A stretch of DNA of 64,000 bases, from the NCBI GenBank assembly GCA_033763455.1, contig JANRKO010000073.1, positions 1 to 64,000 of the forward strand. The letters are read 5' to 3'. The notes under the pieces are model-generated. The model made no database searches. It had not been told where the DNA came from and saw only the letters and a program-made list of their open reading frames with translations. A program made the position numbers and the translations under genes. Source of the DNA: Polyangiaceae bacterium (GTDB lineage: Bacteria > Myxococcota_A > Polyangia > Polyangiales > Polyangiaceae). Positions 30,549 through 40,892 of this stretch are shown one piece after another. Within the stretch, counting starts at the first letter, position 1, and each line of letters begins with the position of its first letter.

Positions 30549-33257
30549 TTACTCCGCAACCACGAGCGTGGCCGAAAGGGCTGGCAAATACAGAGCGATC
30601 CTATCACCCTTAGCTGGCTGAGAATCGGCCTCCAACACACGCTGCCCCAGGCTCTCCGAAAGCACGTAGCTCTTAAACTTGGAGACGTTTGACGGGAACG
30701 CCACGGTAGTGCGCAAACGAGCATCGGGGTTCTTGTTTACCAAAACAGCGAACCAGTGTTTGCCGTTGTTGGTTACGTAGCTTAGGAGGTCCCCGTTGTC
30801 GGACTTGGACGTGTAGAACTTGCCACCCACCCGGCCGCCTTTGCCGTCGTAGTTGCCGTACATTTGCTGCGCCAAGAACACGAAACTGCGCTTGTCGTTC
30901 GTTTGGTACCAGGCCTGCGCCATGTATAAATCTTCCTGCATGAAGATACCCATGGCGGCCACGCGCAAGAGCGCCCCATGAAAGTAATCACGGCTACCCA
31001 CGTCGTACTCGTTGATGGCCAGCTTCGTGCCCGGGTAATACTGTTCCACCAGCTTTTTCAACGCGGGGATCACCGGGTGAAAGGGAGCCCAAAAGACGCT
31101 CTTGTTCTCACCTTGGGTGAGCCAAGTGGGGTTCGTATACGTGGGGTCGTACCATTCGCGCAGTGCATCGAACTGTTGAGCCATCAAAGCTGCGTCAGGC
31201 TCCAGATTGTCCGAGAGCTTCAACGTATCCCCATCGGAGGTAACGCCCACCGCTTCCGGATACCAATGCACGTCCACTATATCGATCAGGCGCTTGCCGG
31301 CCTTCTTTTCGGCAGCAGCCATCTGTTTTAGGTAGTACTCAAGCTGGCTCGTGTAGCCGTGTTGCTTGCGGTCCCGCCATTGTTCGGTGGCCGGATCCTT
31401 AAAGGTTCCATAGCTTTGGTAGCCGTTTTCGCCTGGCGGCGTGTAGTCCATATTGGACCCCGCGAGCTCCAAGGCTCCCCAGGCGGACCAACCGATCACC
31501 TTGGAATCGGGCAGAACTTCCTTCACGAGAGCGGCTGATGCCGTGTTCATCTTTACCAGGTCGTCCGCTGTCAACCCTTTGGCCGCGGAGTCGCGATGCG
31601 ACTCGAACCAGAGGCCCGGCTCGTTGTCCATGCTAATAAGGAGCTCAGCCTTCTTCTTCTGGGCCTTTCGCTCATTCACCAGCTTCTTCAGGTTCCCGAG
31701 GAGCTTGCGCTGCTGGTCTAGAGTATTCGGAACGTTGGACCACTTGGGATCGTTGGTCCAAATCTTCTTCTCTTCGCCCTGAGCACCACCAGCTTCTAGG
31801 CCGTCGCCACATTCTCCCGATGGATCAAAGCTATTTTGCTTCGGGAATTTACCCTTAGGAAAGCCGCAATAACGTTCGCCATCCTCCATGTGCGGTTTGG
31901 CAATGTAGGGGCCAATCGCCATCGAGTAGTTCACGGCGGCGCCTGCGTCCAAAGACTTGGTGATGAAGCCCCAATAACCCTTCTCATCTTCCTCAGTGCT
32001 GCGCGGTTTTGAGTAACCGTTCATGAAGAAGTAGTCGGAGCCCGAGCTATCCACGTCGTACTCCCAGTTGTATTTCGTTGTGCGAATACCACCCCAGCGG
32101 TTGATGGTTACGCCCGTCCGTTTGATCGTCTCGGGTTCGGCCCAGTTGGTTCCAAAGATGTAAGGGGACACCTGATGCCGAGCCTGGGCATCCACCGTAA
32201 CCACGGCCGCTTTCTCGGGCGGGGCCTTCAAATCCAATTCGAGATTGACGGGGTTGGACGTTTCATCCTCACCCACTGCTTCAATGCTGATGATCTGAGT
32301 TTTACCCGGAGGCAAGAGCTTCTTCGAAACGATAACGCTTCGCTCGCTGCCCTTCACGGAGACTATTTCTTTATCGCCCACTTTAATAGAAAAACGCTTG
32401 GGCCTCTCGATCGGGGCTTTTTCCCAAACCACCAACACGCCATCGCCACGCGTCAAGTAACCAACGTTCTCGACGGGTGTTATCTTGACGTCGTCAGTGA
32501 AGTATACGTTATCCACCAACAGAGACTCGTCTTTATTCTCAGGGGGTGTCCCACCAAGCCTCAAGACCACGCTCTGTGATTCTGTAATATCTACCTTCTG
32601 GATGTCCGGAAAGGCAGTGATCGGAATCGTGACCTTCGTCCAATTGGTTCCGATTCGCTTGCCTACGGCATACTCTGATGCATCAACGTAATCAGTGGTT
32701 TTTAAACCCTTTTTGTCGGTGGTGGACTGGATAGCAACCTTCGGTGAAATGCCCGCGTTCGGGTCGCTCGATTTTAGCCACATGATCAAGTAGCGAGCCT
32801 GAGAGATATCTGTCTTCGGCCAATTGACGCCAAAAGCAATGGATGCCGTTGCCCACAACTTATCCGTGTTTTTCTCTTCACCGCTCGTTGCGTAGTGGTA
32901 CTTGAGCGCGAGGCTTTTGCCCTTGGTGACGCGGCTGTGAAAAATCATCCAGTTTTTGTGGTGGGAAGTGCGCCTGTCCCCGAAATTCGTAATTTCGATG
33001 GCGTCATCTGAGAGCAGAGCCAGATGCCTTTCGGGCTCCGCTGCCACAAACAAGCCCGGCTCGCCCTTCTTCTTCGCTCCAGATTCGATCTGTGAGCCTT
33101 CATAGAAATTCTTGGCTGCAGAGCCTTTGTTCGCAACTCCCTTGGGATCGCGATAGCCGATGGTAAGCTTTCCGCAGCCGCTGCCCGCGAGCGTGAAACC
33201 TGCAAGCAACACGGCGGTGAAACCACGAAACTTCGTCAATCTTGAATGGCTACTCAT
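30549..33257 (-). CDS. Glycoside hydrolase family 44 lipoprotein with N-terminal carbohydrate-binding-like module
   Basis: RWGG..TKYNW, DNEPGLW..SHRD, DVHWYP, KLAINEY, YGNYDGKGG. Confidence 0.85.
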   Translation of the reverse strand: MSSHSRLTKFRGFTAVLLAGFTLAGSGCGKLTIGYRDPKGVANKGSAAKNFYEGSQIESGAKKKGEPGLFVAAEPERHLALLSDDAIEITNFGDRRTSHHKNWMIFHSRVTKGKSLALKYHYATSGEEKNTDKLWATASIAFGVNWPKTDISQARYLIMWLKSSDPNAGISPKVAIQSTTDKKGLKTTDYVDASEYAVGKRIGTNWTKVTIPITAFPDIQKVDITESQSVVLRLGGTPPENKDESLLVDNVYFTDDVKITPVENVGYLTRGDGVLVVWEKAPIERPKRFSIKVGDKEIVSVKGSERSVIVSKKLLPPGKTQIISIEAVGEDETSNPVNLELDLKAPPEKAAVVTVDAQARHQVSPYIFGTNWAEPETIKRTGVTINRWGGIRTTKYNWEYDVDSSGSDYFFMNGYSKPRSTEEDEKGYWGFITKSLDAGAAVNYSMAIGPYIAKPHMEDGERYCGFPKGKFPKQNSFDPSGECGDGLEAGGAQGEEKKIWTNDPKWSNVPNTLDQQRKLLGNLKKLVNERKAQKKKAELLISMDNEPGLWFESHRDSAAKGLTADDLVKMNTASAALVKEVLPDSKVIGWSAWGALELAGSNMDYTPPGENGYQSYGTFKDPATEQWRDRKQHGYTSQLEYYLKQMAAAEKKAGKRLIDIVDVHWYPEAVGVTSDGDTLKLSDNLEPDAALMAQQFDALREWYDPTYTNPTWLTQGENKSVFWAPFHPVIPALKKLVEQYYPGTKLAINEYDVGSRDYFHGALLRVAAMGIFMQEDLYMAQAWYQTNDKRSFVFLAQQMYGNYDGKGGRVGGKFYTSKSDNGDLLSYVTNNGKHWFAVLVNKNPDARLRTTVAFPSNVSKFKSYVLSESLGQRVLEADSQPAKGDRIALYLPALSATLVVAE

Positions 33258-33504
33258 TGGTTCATATCCTGAAGATGGCTCTGCGCGCTCTCGAACGATT
33301 CGGAGGGTTAGCGGCTCCGGGCGCGGACTTTGGCACAGCTACGGCGTCTCGGGCAGCCCCCGCGAACAGAGGGCAGTTTAGATGCAAAAAGGCGATCCTC
33401 AAGCCAACTCAGAAGCACGTTGAAGATGGCCCCCTCCCTACCAAACCCTCACCGGAGCGTCGTTTTATTGGCCCAGAGCATGGACTTCTCTAAGTTCTGG
33501 GGAT

Positions 33505-34377
33505 ATGGCCCCCCAAATTCTCGGCTGGCGCAGTCTTGGCGTAGTCGGGGCGTGCTCCATGCTGCTCGCAGCGGGATGCGACCAAAGACTCCCCTCCCTC
33601 TCGCTCAACGGGGCAAGAACTGAGATCGAGCCGAAGCCAACGGTTCACAGTGCCCGCGAGGGATCACCCGCGGATGCGTCCGATGCGGAGCAAGCAAGGG
33701 TCGCACTCTCAGCACAGTTCGGTTACGAACTTGCGCGGCTGCGCCGACGTCTAGAGCAACGCTTTGACAAGCCCGACACGCTCGTTGAGAAGCCGTGTCC
33801 AGATCCGAAGCTGAAGCCGGAGAACACGGGTGATCTCCCGCTAGCGCTGGAAGCTAGGGATAGTCGAACTGAACCCACCGCGCTGGTGCCCTTTAAGATC
33901 CTGGAATCGCTCCGTGATGACGCGCTGCACCGCATTGAAACAGTGTCACTTGAAGCCACTCCAAGGGGCGACGGGCTGCGCCTGGTGCGGAGCCTAAAGA
34001 GTGGTTATGACGGTTTACAGCTGCTGCGTTCCCTTTCGGCGCAGCGCTATCTCGGAGTCTTTCACGTGCTGCACTACAAGCCGCCCGAGCTCGCATACAA
34101 CGCCCGTAAGAATCGGCGCGAATGGACCGTGGGTAACATCGTTGCTTGGCTTGTGATTCACGATTTGAACACGGGTGATGCACTGTGCCAAACGGGTTTG
34201 AGAGCCCAAACTAGCCTCGAAACAGGCAAGTACTCGGCTCAACGCCGGGAGCAGATGCGTCGGGGCTTCGAACGTGACTTGGTGAACATGCTTCGCAAGG
34301 GATCCGTTCTAGCGCTGCCGCGTATCACTCACCGCTTCTCACTGCCCAAGAGCTTCCTCGCCAATCAAGACGGCTAG
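33505..34377 (+). CDS. Hypothetical lipoprotein
   Basis: LAAGC lipobox, 290-aa ORF. Confidence 0.7.
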   Translation: MAPQILGWRSLGVVGACSMLLAAGCDQRLPSLSLNGARTEIEPKPTVHSAREGSPADASDAEQARVALSAQFGYELARLRRRLEQRFDKPDTLVEKPCPDPKLKPENTGDLPLALEARDSRTEPTALVPFKILESLRDDALHRIETVSLEATPRGDGLRLVRSLKSGYDGLQLLRSLSAQRYLGVFHVLHYKPPELAYNARKNRREWTVGNIVAWLVIHDLNTGDALCQTGLRAQTSLETGKYSAQRREQMRRGFERDLVNMLRKGSVLALPRITHRFSLPKSFLANQDG

Positions 34378-34501
34378 GCACCATCTTCCCCCACACTCGC
34401 GCACCTCTCATCAAGCCAGCGAGTGGCGCGCATCCAAGCAGCGGACCATATTCTAGAGTCCGGAGCGTACGTTTGTGTCGATACCACCCCTGGTGTTTTG
34501 C

Positions 34502-36178
34502 ATGACTCGATCCAACGATCGCCACGCCCGCCCATTTGGGTTTGCCCCGTTTCTCGCCATCGCCCTCATCCTGCTCGGGCCTGGTTGCAGCACCACACCG
34601 CCTACCAAAGCAAAGCCGGTTGTGGCTGCAGCTGAGCCCCCTCCGAAAAAGCCACCCCCCGCGGCCGACGCCAACCGCGACTGTGCGCGACTGCGTGAGT
34701 TGGTGAGTGCAGAACCGATTTTGCCGGGAACGCCGAAGCTGGATCAAGCGCGCATCAGGATCTTAGCTCGTGCCAAAGCAGAGCCGGTGATTTTCGTTCG
34801 CCCGCCTCTTGCCGATCCTGAAGCGCCACAAACAGCGCGCCGTCTGCGAGCAAGCCTCGCCCGTGCCCCTTACCCCGGTGAAGTGCTGAAGCTCCTACTC
34901 AATTCATTTCGCCTGCGTCCTGATCTCGGCCGCGACGTTATCCTCCGTGAAGGCTACCTGTACGCGGAAGCTCCAGAGTACGCCTTCGCGCTGGTGGACC
35001 AACTGCAGCTTAGCCACCTCTTTGACGCGAAAACAATCTGGATACAGCGCGGAGATCGCACCTACCACGCAGAACGCCTCGCTAATGGCAACTACAGGTA
35101 TCTAGACGGACCAGAAAAAGACAAGGCCGCGCGCCTCTTCCTTTTTGATCGCGTGGGCAGTGAGGCCCCAACCCCTGCCATTCACATCGACCTGCGTTCA
35201 CTGCGCAATGAGTTACATTTCGATAGCGTCAAGATCGAACGCGCGACCCCGAACCATTTGCTCGCCACCTTTCAGTATGGGCCGCTCAGAATCCCGAGTG
35301 TGGTGCGCTACCGCAACGGTCGGGCCCAGTTGGAGTGCGAAATCGTCGACGAACCGGCCATCCACGACTTGGCGCTTCTGCGCGATGTCGCCGAACGGCG
35401 CCTGAAGGTTGCAAGCGCCCTTCGTCGGGAAATGCAGAACGAAATCGAGGAAGCGCTTCCATTCGATGAGCCGCACCGCGAATGGGGACAGCAGGACGGC
35501 ATGCTGCGTCAGAAGTGGGTAAGCGCCTACCGCATGGGTGAAACCAGCTTCACCATGAATGGCGACGAATACCCCGTATTCGATGCCAAGGGCCGCCCTG
35601 TAGTCCCGCAGGTTTGCGTGGATTTTCTAACGGACACCTTGGAGCGCGCCAGTGGCAAGTGGTGGCAGCCCCAAGGCCAGCCCGCTGGCACCACACCAGG
35701 CCTTATCGACTTTACCCGTGGTCACGAGGGCACCCTGCGTCAGGTACCTGCGTTTGTGGAGCTCGCCAAGCGCAATCCGGAGTGGTTCGATGTCTACGAA
35801 ACGCCCGAGCGCGAACGCATCAAGTTCCGGCGCAAGGATGAATTCTACGGTTACCTCGCCGCGCACCCCGAACGCTTCCAAGCTGGAGATATCGTGGTCA
35901 TTCGCGGCTACACTCCCTTCGAACGTTCCTGGGAACCCAAAGTAATGCACTACCACTCGTTCTTCATTTACGAAAACGATCCGGTAACGGGGTTTCCAAT
36001 GGCGCTCGTTGGCAACCCCGGGCACCCCACTATTCGAGTGTGGGAAACCGAGGCGCGCCGCACCCCCAAGCGCTCCATTTGGTACCGGCTACGCCCCCGC
36101 TTCCATTGGCTTGAAACGCATCTCAAGCTCGACCCAATCCCTTCGGAGCCTGCACCGCTCTCGGTCGGGCCACTCTAA
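34502..36178 (+). CDS. Hypothetical lipoprotein with possible papain/NlpC-P60-like C-terminal domain
   Basis: GPGC lipobox; QVCVDF...FQAGDIVVI...HSFF; start uncertain. Confidence 0.65.
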   Translation: MTRSNDRHARPFGFAPFLAIALILLGPGCSTTPPTKAKPVVAAAEPPPKKPPPAADANRDCARLRELVSAEPILPGTPKLDQARIRILARAKAEPVIFVRPPLADPEAPQTARRLRASLARAPYPGEVLKLLLNSFRLRPDLGRDVILREGYLYAEAPEYAFALVDQLQLSHLFDAKTIWIQRGDRTYHAERLANGNYRYLDGPEKDKAARLFLFDRVGSEAPTPAIHIDLRSLRNELHFDSVKIERATPNHLLATFQYGPLRIPSVVRYRNGRAQLECEIVDEPAIHDLALLRDVAERRLKVASALRREMQNEIEEALPFDEPHREWGQQDGMLRQKWVSAYRMGETSFTMNGDEYPVFDAKGRPVVPQVCVDFLTDTLERASGKWWQPQGQPAGTTPGLIDFTRGHEGTLRQVPAFVELAKRNPEWFDVYETPERERIKFRRKDEFYGYLAAHPERFQAGDIVVIRGYTPFERSWEPKVMHYHSFFIYENDPVTGFPMALVGNPGHPTIRVWETEARRTPKRSIWYRLRPRFHWLETHLKLDPIPSEPAPLSVGPL

Positions 36179-36184
36179 ACTCCG

Positions 36185-36212
36185 TTGACAAGCGCGCGGC
36201 CCTCGCCATGAT
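36185..36212 (+). promoter_or_regulatory. Sigma70-type promoter
   Basis: TTGACA-N16-CATGAT upstream of the 36278 gene. Confidence 0.5.
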
Positions 36213-36277
36213 TGGGCGCATCACCCAAGCGCACCCTGCGCACCCCGGTATCACCGCGTTTCGAAGAGGGATCCATT

Positions 36278-37519
36278 ATGAGCGTTCAAGCCTTTCAGCC
36301 CCAATTCATGAAACTTGGCGTTCTCACCGCCGCTCTTCAGGAGCTCACCCCACGGGAGGTACGCGATAAAGATCCCGATCGTGCAGTGGAGGAGTGGCTG
36401 AGCTTCGCGCGGGAAATCAACGCCGACTACATTCAGCTCTCGGCCGCATTGCATCCATCCGAGAGCGACGTGCCTGCCGAAGCGTTGTTAGATCCAGTTG
36501 CGAACACCCTGGATCTGCGGGCGCCGTTCGACCAAGCCCGGGCGGCTCGCGTCACGAGCGCGATGCGTGAGTGCCGAGTGGGTCTGTCCGACCTTGCCTA
36601 TTTCGACAACATGCTCCACGAGGACGCCGCTATCCGGGAGAAGAAGTACGATTTTATGCGTCGTGTGTTTGACGCGGCGGCGCTGCTTGGTGTCGATGCG
36701 GTGTGCGGTTTCGTTGGGCGCAACCAGAAGCTCAGCATGGATCAAAACCTCATCATGTTTGAAGAAGTGTTCGTGCCACTCCTGAAGGAAGCCAAAGCGC
36801 GCGGGCTTTCGTACCGCGTGGAGCAATGCCCCATGCCGGGTTGGACCACGGGAGATAACTTCCATAATAACATCGCGTACGCGCCCGGCCCGTGGATTGC
36901 ACTGCACCGGATCTGCGAGAAACATGGCGTTGGCGATCAATTTCGCATCCACTACGATCCCTCCCACGCCATCTTGATGGGTCAAGATACGCGCTCGATC
37001 TTTCAGTACCTAAAGGACACTGGTTACAATTTTTTGATCGCCGGGTTCCACGTCAAAGGCCAGGTGATCGATGCCAAAGGTGTGTCGGCGTGGGGCTATG
37101 GCGGGCAAACACTTGAACGGGGCGATTGGGTGAACGGGAAGCCCTCTCCGCGCCCCGCTGATCAAGGCAATGCGTGGCTCAAGCAAACAGTGTTGTGCGA
37201 GCATGAGCTTCCCGGCACTGCCCGGCATGATCCCCTCGCATACCTCCAGAATCGCAGTGTGGATTGGCTGGATCATCAGTTGGCTGCGCGTGAATTGCTC
37301 ACGCTCGACATCGCCAACACGCACCTCGTCGTAGAGCACGAATACCCACGCGCCCGTATCCAGGATAAAGCCAAGCTCAGGCCCATTCTGGAAGGCTCTC
37401 TCGCCTTCACCCGAAAGATCGACGAAGCCGCCGCCTGCATGTATGCACTACAGCACGACGTAATGGCCGCCCAGAACATCCCAGTACAAGGTACCGGCCG
37501 CCAAGCGTACAGAAGCTAA
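36278..37519 (+). CDS. Sugar phosphate isomerase/epimerase (xylose-isomerase-like TIM barrel)
   Basis: VEQCPM, YDPSH, FHVKG, VEHE metal-ligand pattern. Confidence 0.8.
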   Translation: MSVQAFQPQFMKLGVLTAALQELTPREVRDKDPDRAVEEWLSFAREINADYIQLSAALHPSESDVPAEALLDPVANTLDLRAPFDQARAARVTSAMRECRVGLSDLAYFDNMLHEDAAIREKKYDFMRRVFDAAALLGVDAVCGFVGRNQKLSMDQNLIMFEEVFVPLLKEAKARGLSYRVEQCPMPGWTTGDNFHNNIAYAPGPWIALHRICEKHGVGDQFRIHYDPSHAILMGQDTRSIFQYLKDTGYNFLIAGFHVKGQVIDAKGVSAWGYGGQTLERGDWVNGKPSPRPADQGNAWLKQTVLCEHELPGTARHDPLAYLQNRSVDWLDHQLAARELLTLDIANTHLVVEHEYPRARIQDKAKLRPILEGSLAFTRKIDEAAACMYALQHDVMAAQNIPVQGTGRQAYRS

Positions 37520-37571
37520 TCGAACCTCGTGCCTTAGCTAGTCGAATTAGCTAATCGGAGCTAATCGATGC

Positions 37572-37608
37572 CTCCACAAGCGTCGAGGTGAAGCCAGCGC
37601 TTGTGGAG
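37572..37608. terminator. Hairpin between convergent genes
   Basis: CTCCACAAGCG-N15-CGCTTGTGGAG; no U-tract. Confidence 0.5.
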
Positions 37609-37641
37609 TCTCGATGGGGACCGCGGAGTGGGCGGGGTGGG

Positions 37642-38580
37642 CTATTCTGCTGGGCCTGGTGCGGGCACGTTATGGACTACGTCCACCAATTCTAGGCTGG
37701 AAGAACTCGTGTTTCCGAAGCCAAGCTTGGCGTCAGCGTAAACCTTCGCGGGGGGCTCTCGGAGGTCCCAAACTAACCCCAGCCAACTCATCATGGTGAG
37801 CATGTAATAGGTGACGTCTACTTCCCACCAGAAAAACCCCTGACGGGTGGAGGTCATGTAGTAGTGGTGGTTGTTGTGCCAACCCTCGCCCATCGTAACG
37901 AGTGCTAGCCAGAAGTTGTTGCGGCTGGCGTCTTTGGCATCGAAGCGCTGGGAGCCGAACATGTGGCTCAAGGAGTTGATGGTGAAGGTGCCGTGCCAGA
38001 GAAGCACAGTGCTCAAACCGAACGCGATAAAGAGACCACTTGCACCCATGGTGAGGTAGATAACAACTCCGAGCACGGTGGGCGGCACGTACCAAAGCTT
38101 GTTGAGGAGAATAAGCTCGGGATATTTTGCAAGATCCCGTACTTTTCGGTAGTCCGTCTCGCCGTTGTAGTCAAAGATCCAACCCATGTGCGAATACCAA
38201 AACCCGCGACGGCTATCGTGGGGGTCGCCATCTAGATCAGAAAACTTGTGGTGAGTGCGGTGCTCAGCCGCCCACCATACGGCGCCACGCTGAGAGCTCG
38301 TCTGGGCCCAAAATGCCATCAGGAACTGCATCACACGGCTCGTCTTGAACGTACGGTGCGAGAAGTACCGATGGTAAAACCCTGTAACGCCAAACATCCG
38401 CAACCAATAAAGCGCGACGCAAACGGCCCAATCTTGCCATTTGGTTCCTGTGAAGAATGCGCCGAATGGGAGAATGTGAACGAGAATGAAGGGGATGGCT
38501 CCCGCCCATTCGTAGTCGGTCAACTTCGTCGCCGCTTTGCGCGGCTTCGGGGCTTCGAAGGAAACAGAGAAAAGACTCAT
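37642..38580 (-). CDS. Acyl-CoA (delta-9-type) fatty acid desaturase
   Basis: His boxes HRYFSH, HRTHH, GEGWHNNHH. Confidence 0.95.
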   Translation of the reverse strand: MSLFSVSFEAPKPRKAATKLTDYEWAGAIPFILVHILPFGAFFTGTKWQDWAVCVALYWLRMFGVTGFYHRYFSHRTFKTSRVMQFLMAFWAQTSSQRGAVWWAAEHRTHHKFSDLDGDPHDSRRGFWYSHMGWIFDYNGETDYRKVRDLAKYPELILLNKLWYVPPTVLGVVIYLTMGASGLFIAFGLSTVLLWHGTFTINSLSHMFGSQRFDAKDASRNNFWLALVTMGEGWHNNHHYYMTSTRQGFFWWEVDVTYYMLTMMSWLGLVWDLREPPAKVYADAKLGFGNTSSSSLELVDVVHNVPAPGPAE

Positions 38581-38868
38581 GGTGCCGATCTTGACCCAAG
38601 AAACCGCGGCAATAACGTCATTATTCTGTCATGAGTGGAGCCGCATCTTTCGCGCGGTTCGCCGCTCACTGCGCATCGCGTCACGCTGCTGACCGCTCCC
38701 GGCTTTCCCCCGCTGCATGCGGGCGGGGCAGAGCGCCAAGTAACCGACTGGTGCGCTCGCCCTGAGCGCCAATGCCGTGACACCGGACCAAGTAGAGGGG
38801 GCTTCAGCCTTCCCCGATCCCCCTGAAATTCCGCTGCTGCAGGCGTGCTCGGGAAATGAGACAGGCTT

Positions 38869-38884
38869 CGGCCCGAACTTTGCG
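38869..38884 (+). promoter_or_regulatory. Sigma54 promoter for GH73 gene
   Basis: CGGCCCGAACTTTGCG, GG-N10-GC. Confidence 0.55.
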
Positions 38885-38897
38885 AAGGGGAGCTGTC

Positions 38898-39719
38898 GTG
38901 ATCTCCAATGTTAGCCCCTCTGTGCCTGGTTCCAGCACTAGCCAGGCGGCTGAACGCCCGGAGGCACGAGATACGGAACGCTTTTCCGCTGAGCTCGTGG
39001 CCCGCGCTGCCCCGCAAACTGTGCGCGCCGTGCGCACCCCGCTGAGTGGCGAACAGGCTGCACAGGCCCTGGATCGAGCCTGGCAGCAGGTGATGGGAGA
39101 AAAGCCAAGCGAAGAGACGAAAGCCATTCTCACCGCGCAGTGGGCACACGAAACTGGTCGCGGCAGCGCAATGATGAACTTCAATTTTGGTGGACTAAAA
39201 GGCAGCTCGCCAACGGGCTTCGGTACCACCTACACAACGCACGAGGGCTGGGGAAAGTCGGAAGTGAAGATCGTGGATCGCTTTCGCGCCTACCAAACAG
39301 CTGACGAAGGTGCGGCGGACTACGTTGCCTTGCTAAACCGCCGTTACCCTGGAGCTATAGAGGCGGCGAAGTCTGGAGATCCGGCGAAATTCGTGCGTGA
39401 GCTGAAACAGGCGCGTTACTTCACCGGCAATGAAGGCGCCTACGTAAAGTCAGTCTCAAGCTTGGCACAAGCGGCCCTCGCGAGTGGCTTTACCTCGCTC
39501 GGTGGAACCAACGCCGAAACCTCTAGCTTTCCCACGTTCCTGGCGCAGTCCCCGTTGAACGGCGGGGTCGCCTACGCCGATGCCTTCAACGGAACTCTAC
39601 CCGGAGGCCCGCTCGATACACTTTCGTTCACAGGCGTCGAAGCCATCGCGGATGAAGTCGGAAGGGCCGCACTTCGCGATGCAACCGAGCGCAAGGCTGA
39701 CGAAAACCGTCGGGGATAG
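38898..39719 (+). CDS. GH73 glucosaminidase/muramidase (FlgJ catalytic-domain-like)
   Basis: AQWAHETG, NFGGLKG, FRAY, RY...YFT; start uncertain. Confidence 0.8.
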   Translation: MISNVSPSVPGSSTSQAAERPEARDTERFSAELVARAAPQTVRAVRTPLSGEQAAQALDRAWQQVMGEKPSEETKAILTAQWAHETGRGSAMMNFNFGGLKGSSPTGFGTTYTTHEGWGKSEVKIVDRFRAYQTADEGAADYVALLNRRYPGAIEAAKSGDPAKFVRELKQARYFTGNEGAYVKSVSSLAQAALASGFTSLGGTNAETSSFPTFLAQSPLNGGVAYADAFNGTLPGGPLDTLSFTGVEAIADEVGRAALRDATERKADENRRG

Positions 39720-39745
39720 CTGCCCCCGAGCCCTTGTGCCTACGC

Positions 39746-40819
39746 CTACGACTGAGGCCGCGCATATTGCCCAACCCGGGCTAGGATCTCGCTCGCCTGC
39801 TCGCGCTCGCCGGCCTCTGTAAGGTGGCGAGCAAGAGCTGCACCTACGGCTTGGTTGTCCGGGGCAAGAGCGTGTGCCATGCGCCACGCGCTCACCGTAT
39901 CTCGATGCTCCAGCGCTTCGGCAACGGTCGCGAGGCAAGTAACCGCTACCCTGCTCGCAGGATCCAGTTCCACCGCCGAACGCGCGAGCTCGAGCGCTTC
40001 ATATCCGCGGCCAAGCCGGGCCTGAAGCCTCGCCAGAAGCGCCATAGCGCGAGGATCTTCCGGGGCTTTGCCCTTGAGTTCGAAGTAACAGGCAGAAGCT
40101 TCTGCAAACATCCCAAGCTCTTCAAAAAGTGTCCCCAGGCGGAGCTCCGCCTCGCATGCAAGGGCTGCATCACCCGAGCGCCGAGCTTGCTCGAAATGGC
40201 CCTCGGCCACCTCGTGCAGCCCACGCTGACAAGCCCTATCCCCTGCTTCAACAACCTCATACGCGTTGCCTTCGCGACAACCTGCCACGCATGCAACAAA
40301 GCCCGAACCTTCGCCGAACCATCGTTTTGCCACTAACCCCGAAATGCTGAGCAACTGCTGAAGCTCTCCACGGCTGAACGCTCGCCGCGCTGGCGCCGAT
40401 AGTTGTTGCGTTGGGTGTGCCAGCGGCTCCGCGATCCACACGAACGAAGAGGCACGAAGTTGCCGGCGCACGTTGCGCATGACCGCTACTGGATCGACGA
40501 CGTGCCCCAGCACATCCACCAAAACTGCAACATCTGCATCCGGCAACACCGAGCCTAAGGCTGCATCCCCCCGAACGAACGACGCCCGAGGTGCCCATTC
40601 CCGCGCAAAGGCTAACGCCGCCCCATCAATATCCACCCCCACCACGCGTTCGCTCCGGGAAGCCAACACCAGAGCGCCAACTCCGGCCCCCGTCCCCACG
40701 TCGAGCACACGTGCCGTCGGCGGCAATGACTGGCCAATAGTGCTGTAGATTGCACTCGTATCCGGTGCGTGTGAACGCACGCCTGGGTAACGCCGCGTAC
40801 GGCTGGCATGAAGCTGCAC
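39746..40819 (-). CDS. Class I SAM methyltransferase with C-terminal TPR repeats
   Basis: VLDVGTGAG, GVD, DVLGHV; TPR-like helices; start uncertain (ORF open to 40969). Confidence 0.8.
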   Translation of the reverse strand: MQLHASRTRRYPGVRSHAPDTSAIYSTIGQSLPPTARVLDVGTGAGVGALVLASRSERVVGVDIDGAALAFAREWAPRASFVRGDAALGSVLPDADVAVLVDVLGHVVDPVAVMRNVRRQLRASSFVWIAEPLAHPTQQLSAPARRAFSRGELQQLLSISGLVAKRWFGEGSGFVACVAGCREGNAYEVVEAGDRACQRGLHEVAEGHFEQARRSGDAALACEAELRLGTLFEELGMFAEASACYFELKGKAPEDPRAMALLARLQARLGRGYEALELARSAVELDPASRVAVTCLATVAEALEHRDTVSAWRMAHALAPDNQAVGAALARHLTEAGEREQASEILARVGQYARPQS

Positions 40820-40892
40820 CGCAGCACCCGAGGCGAAGTGTGCCCAGTATTCCCCCGGCCGTTCGCCTCGAACCAGCGTTGGCTGCTTCAAG

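Noticed and set aside
33330..33346. TTGGCACAGCTACGGCG as a sigma54 promoter
   Set aside because: -12 element lacks the conserved TGC; too weak
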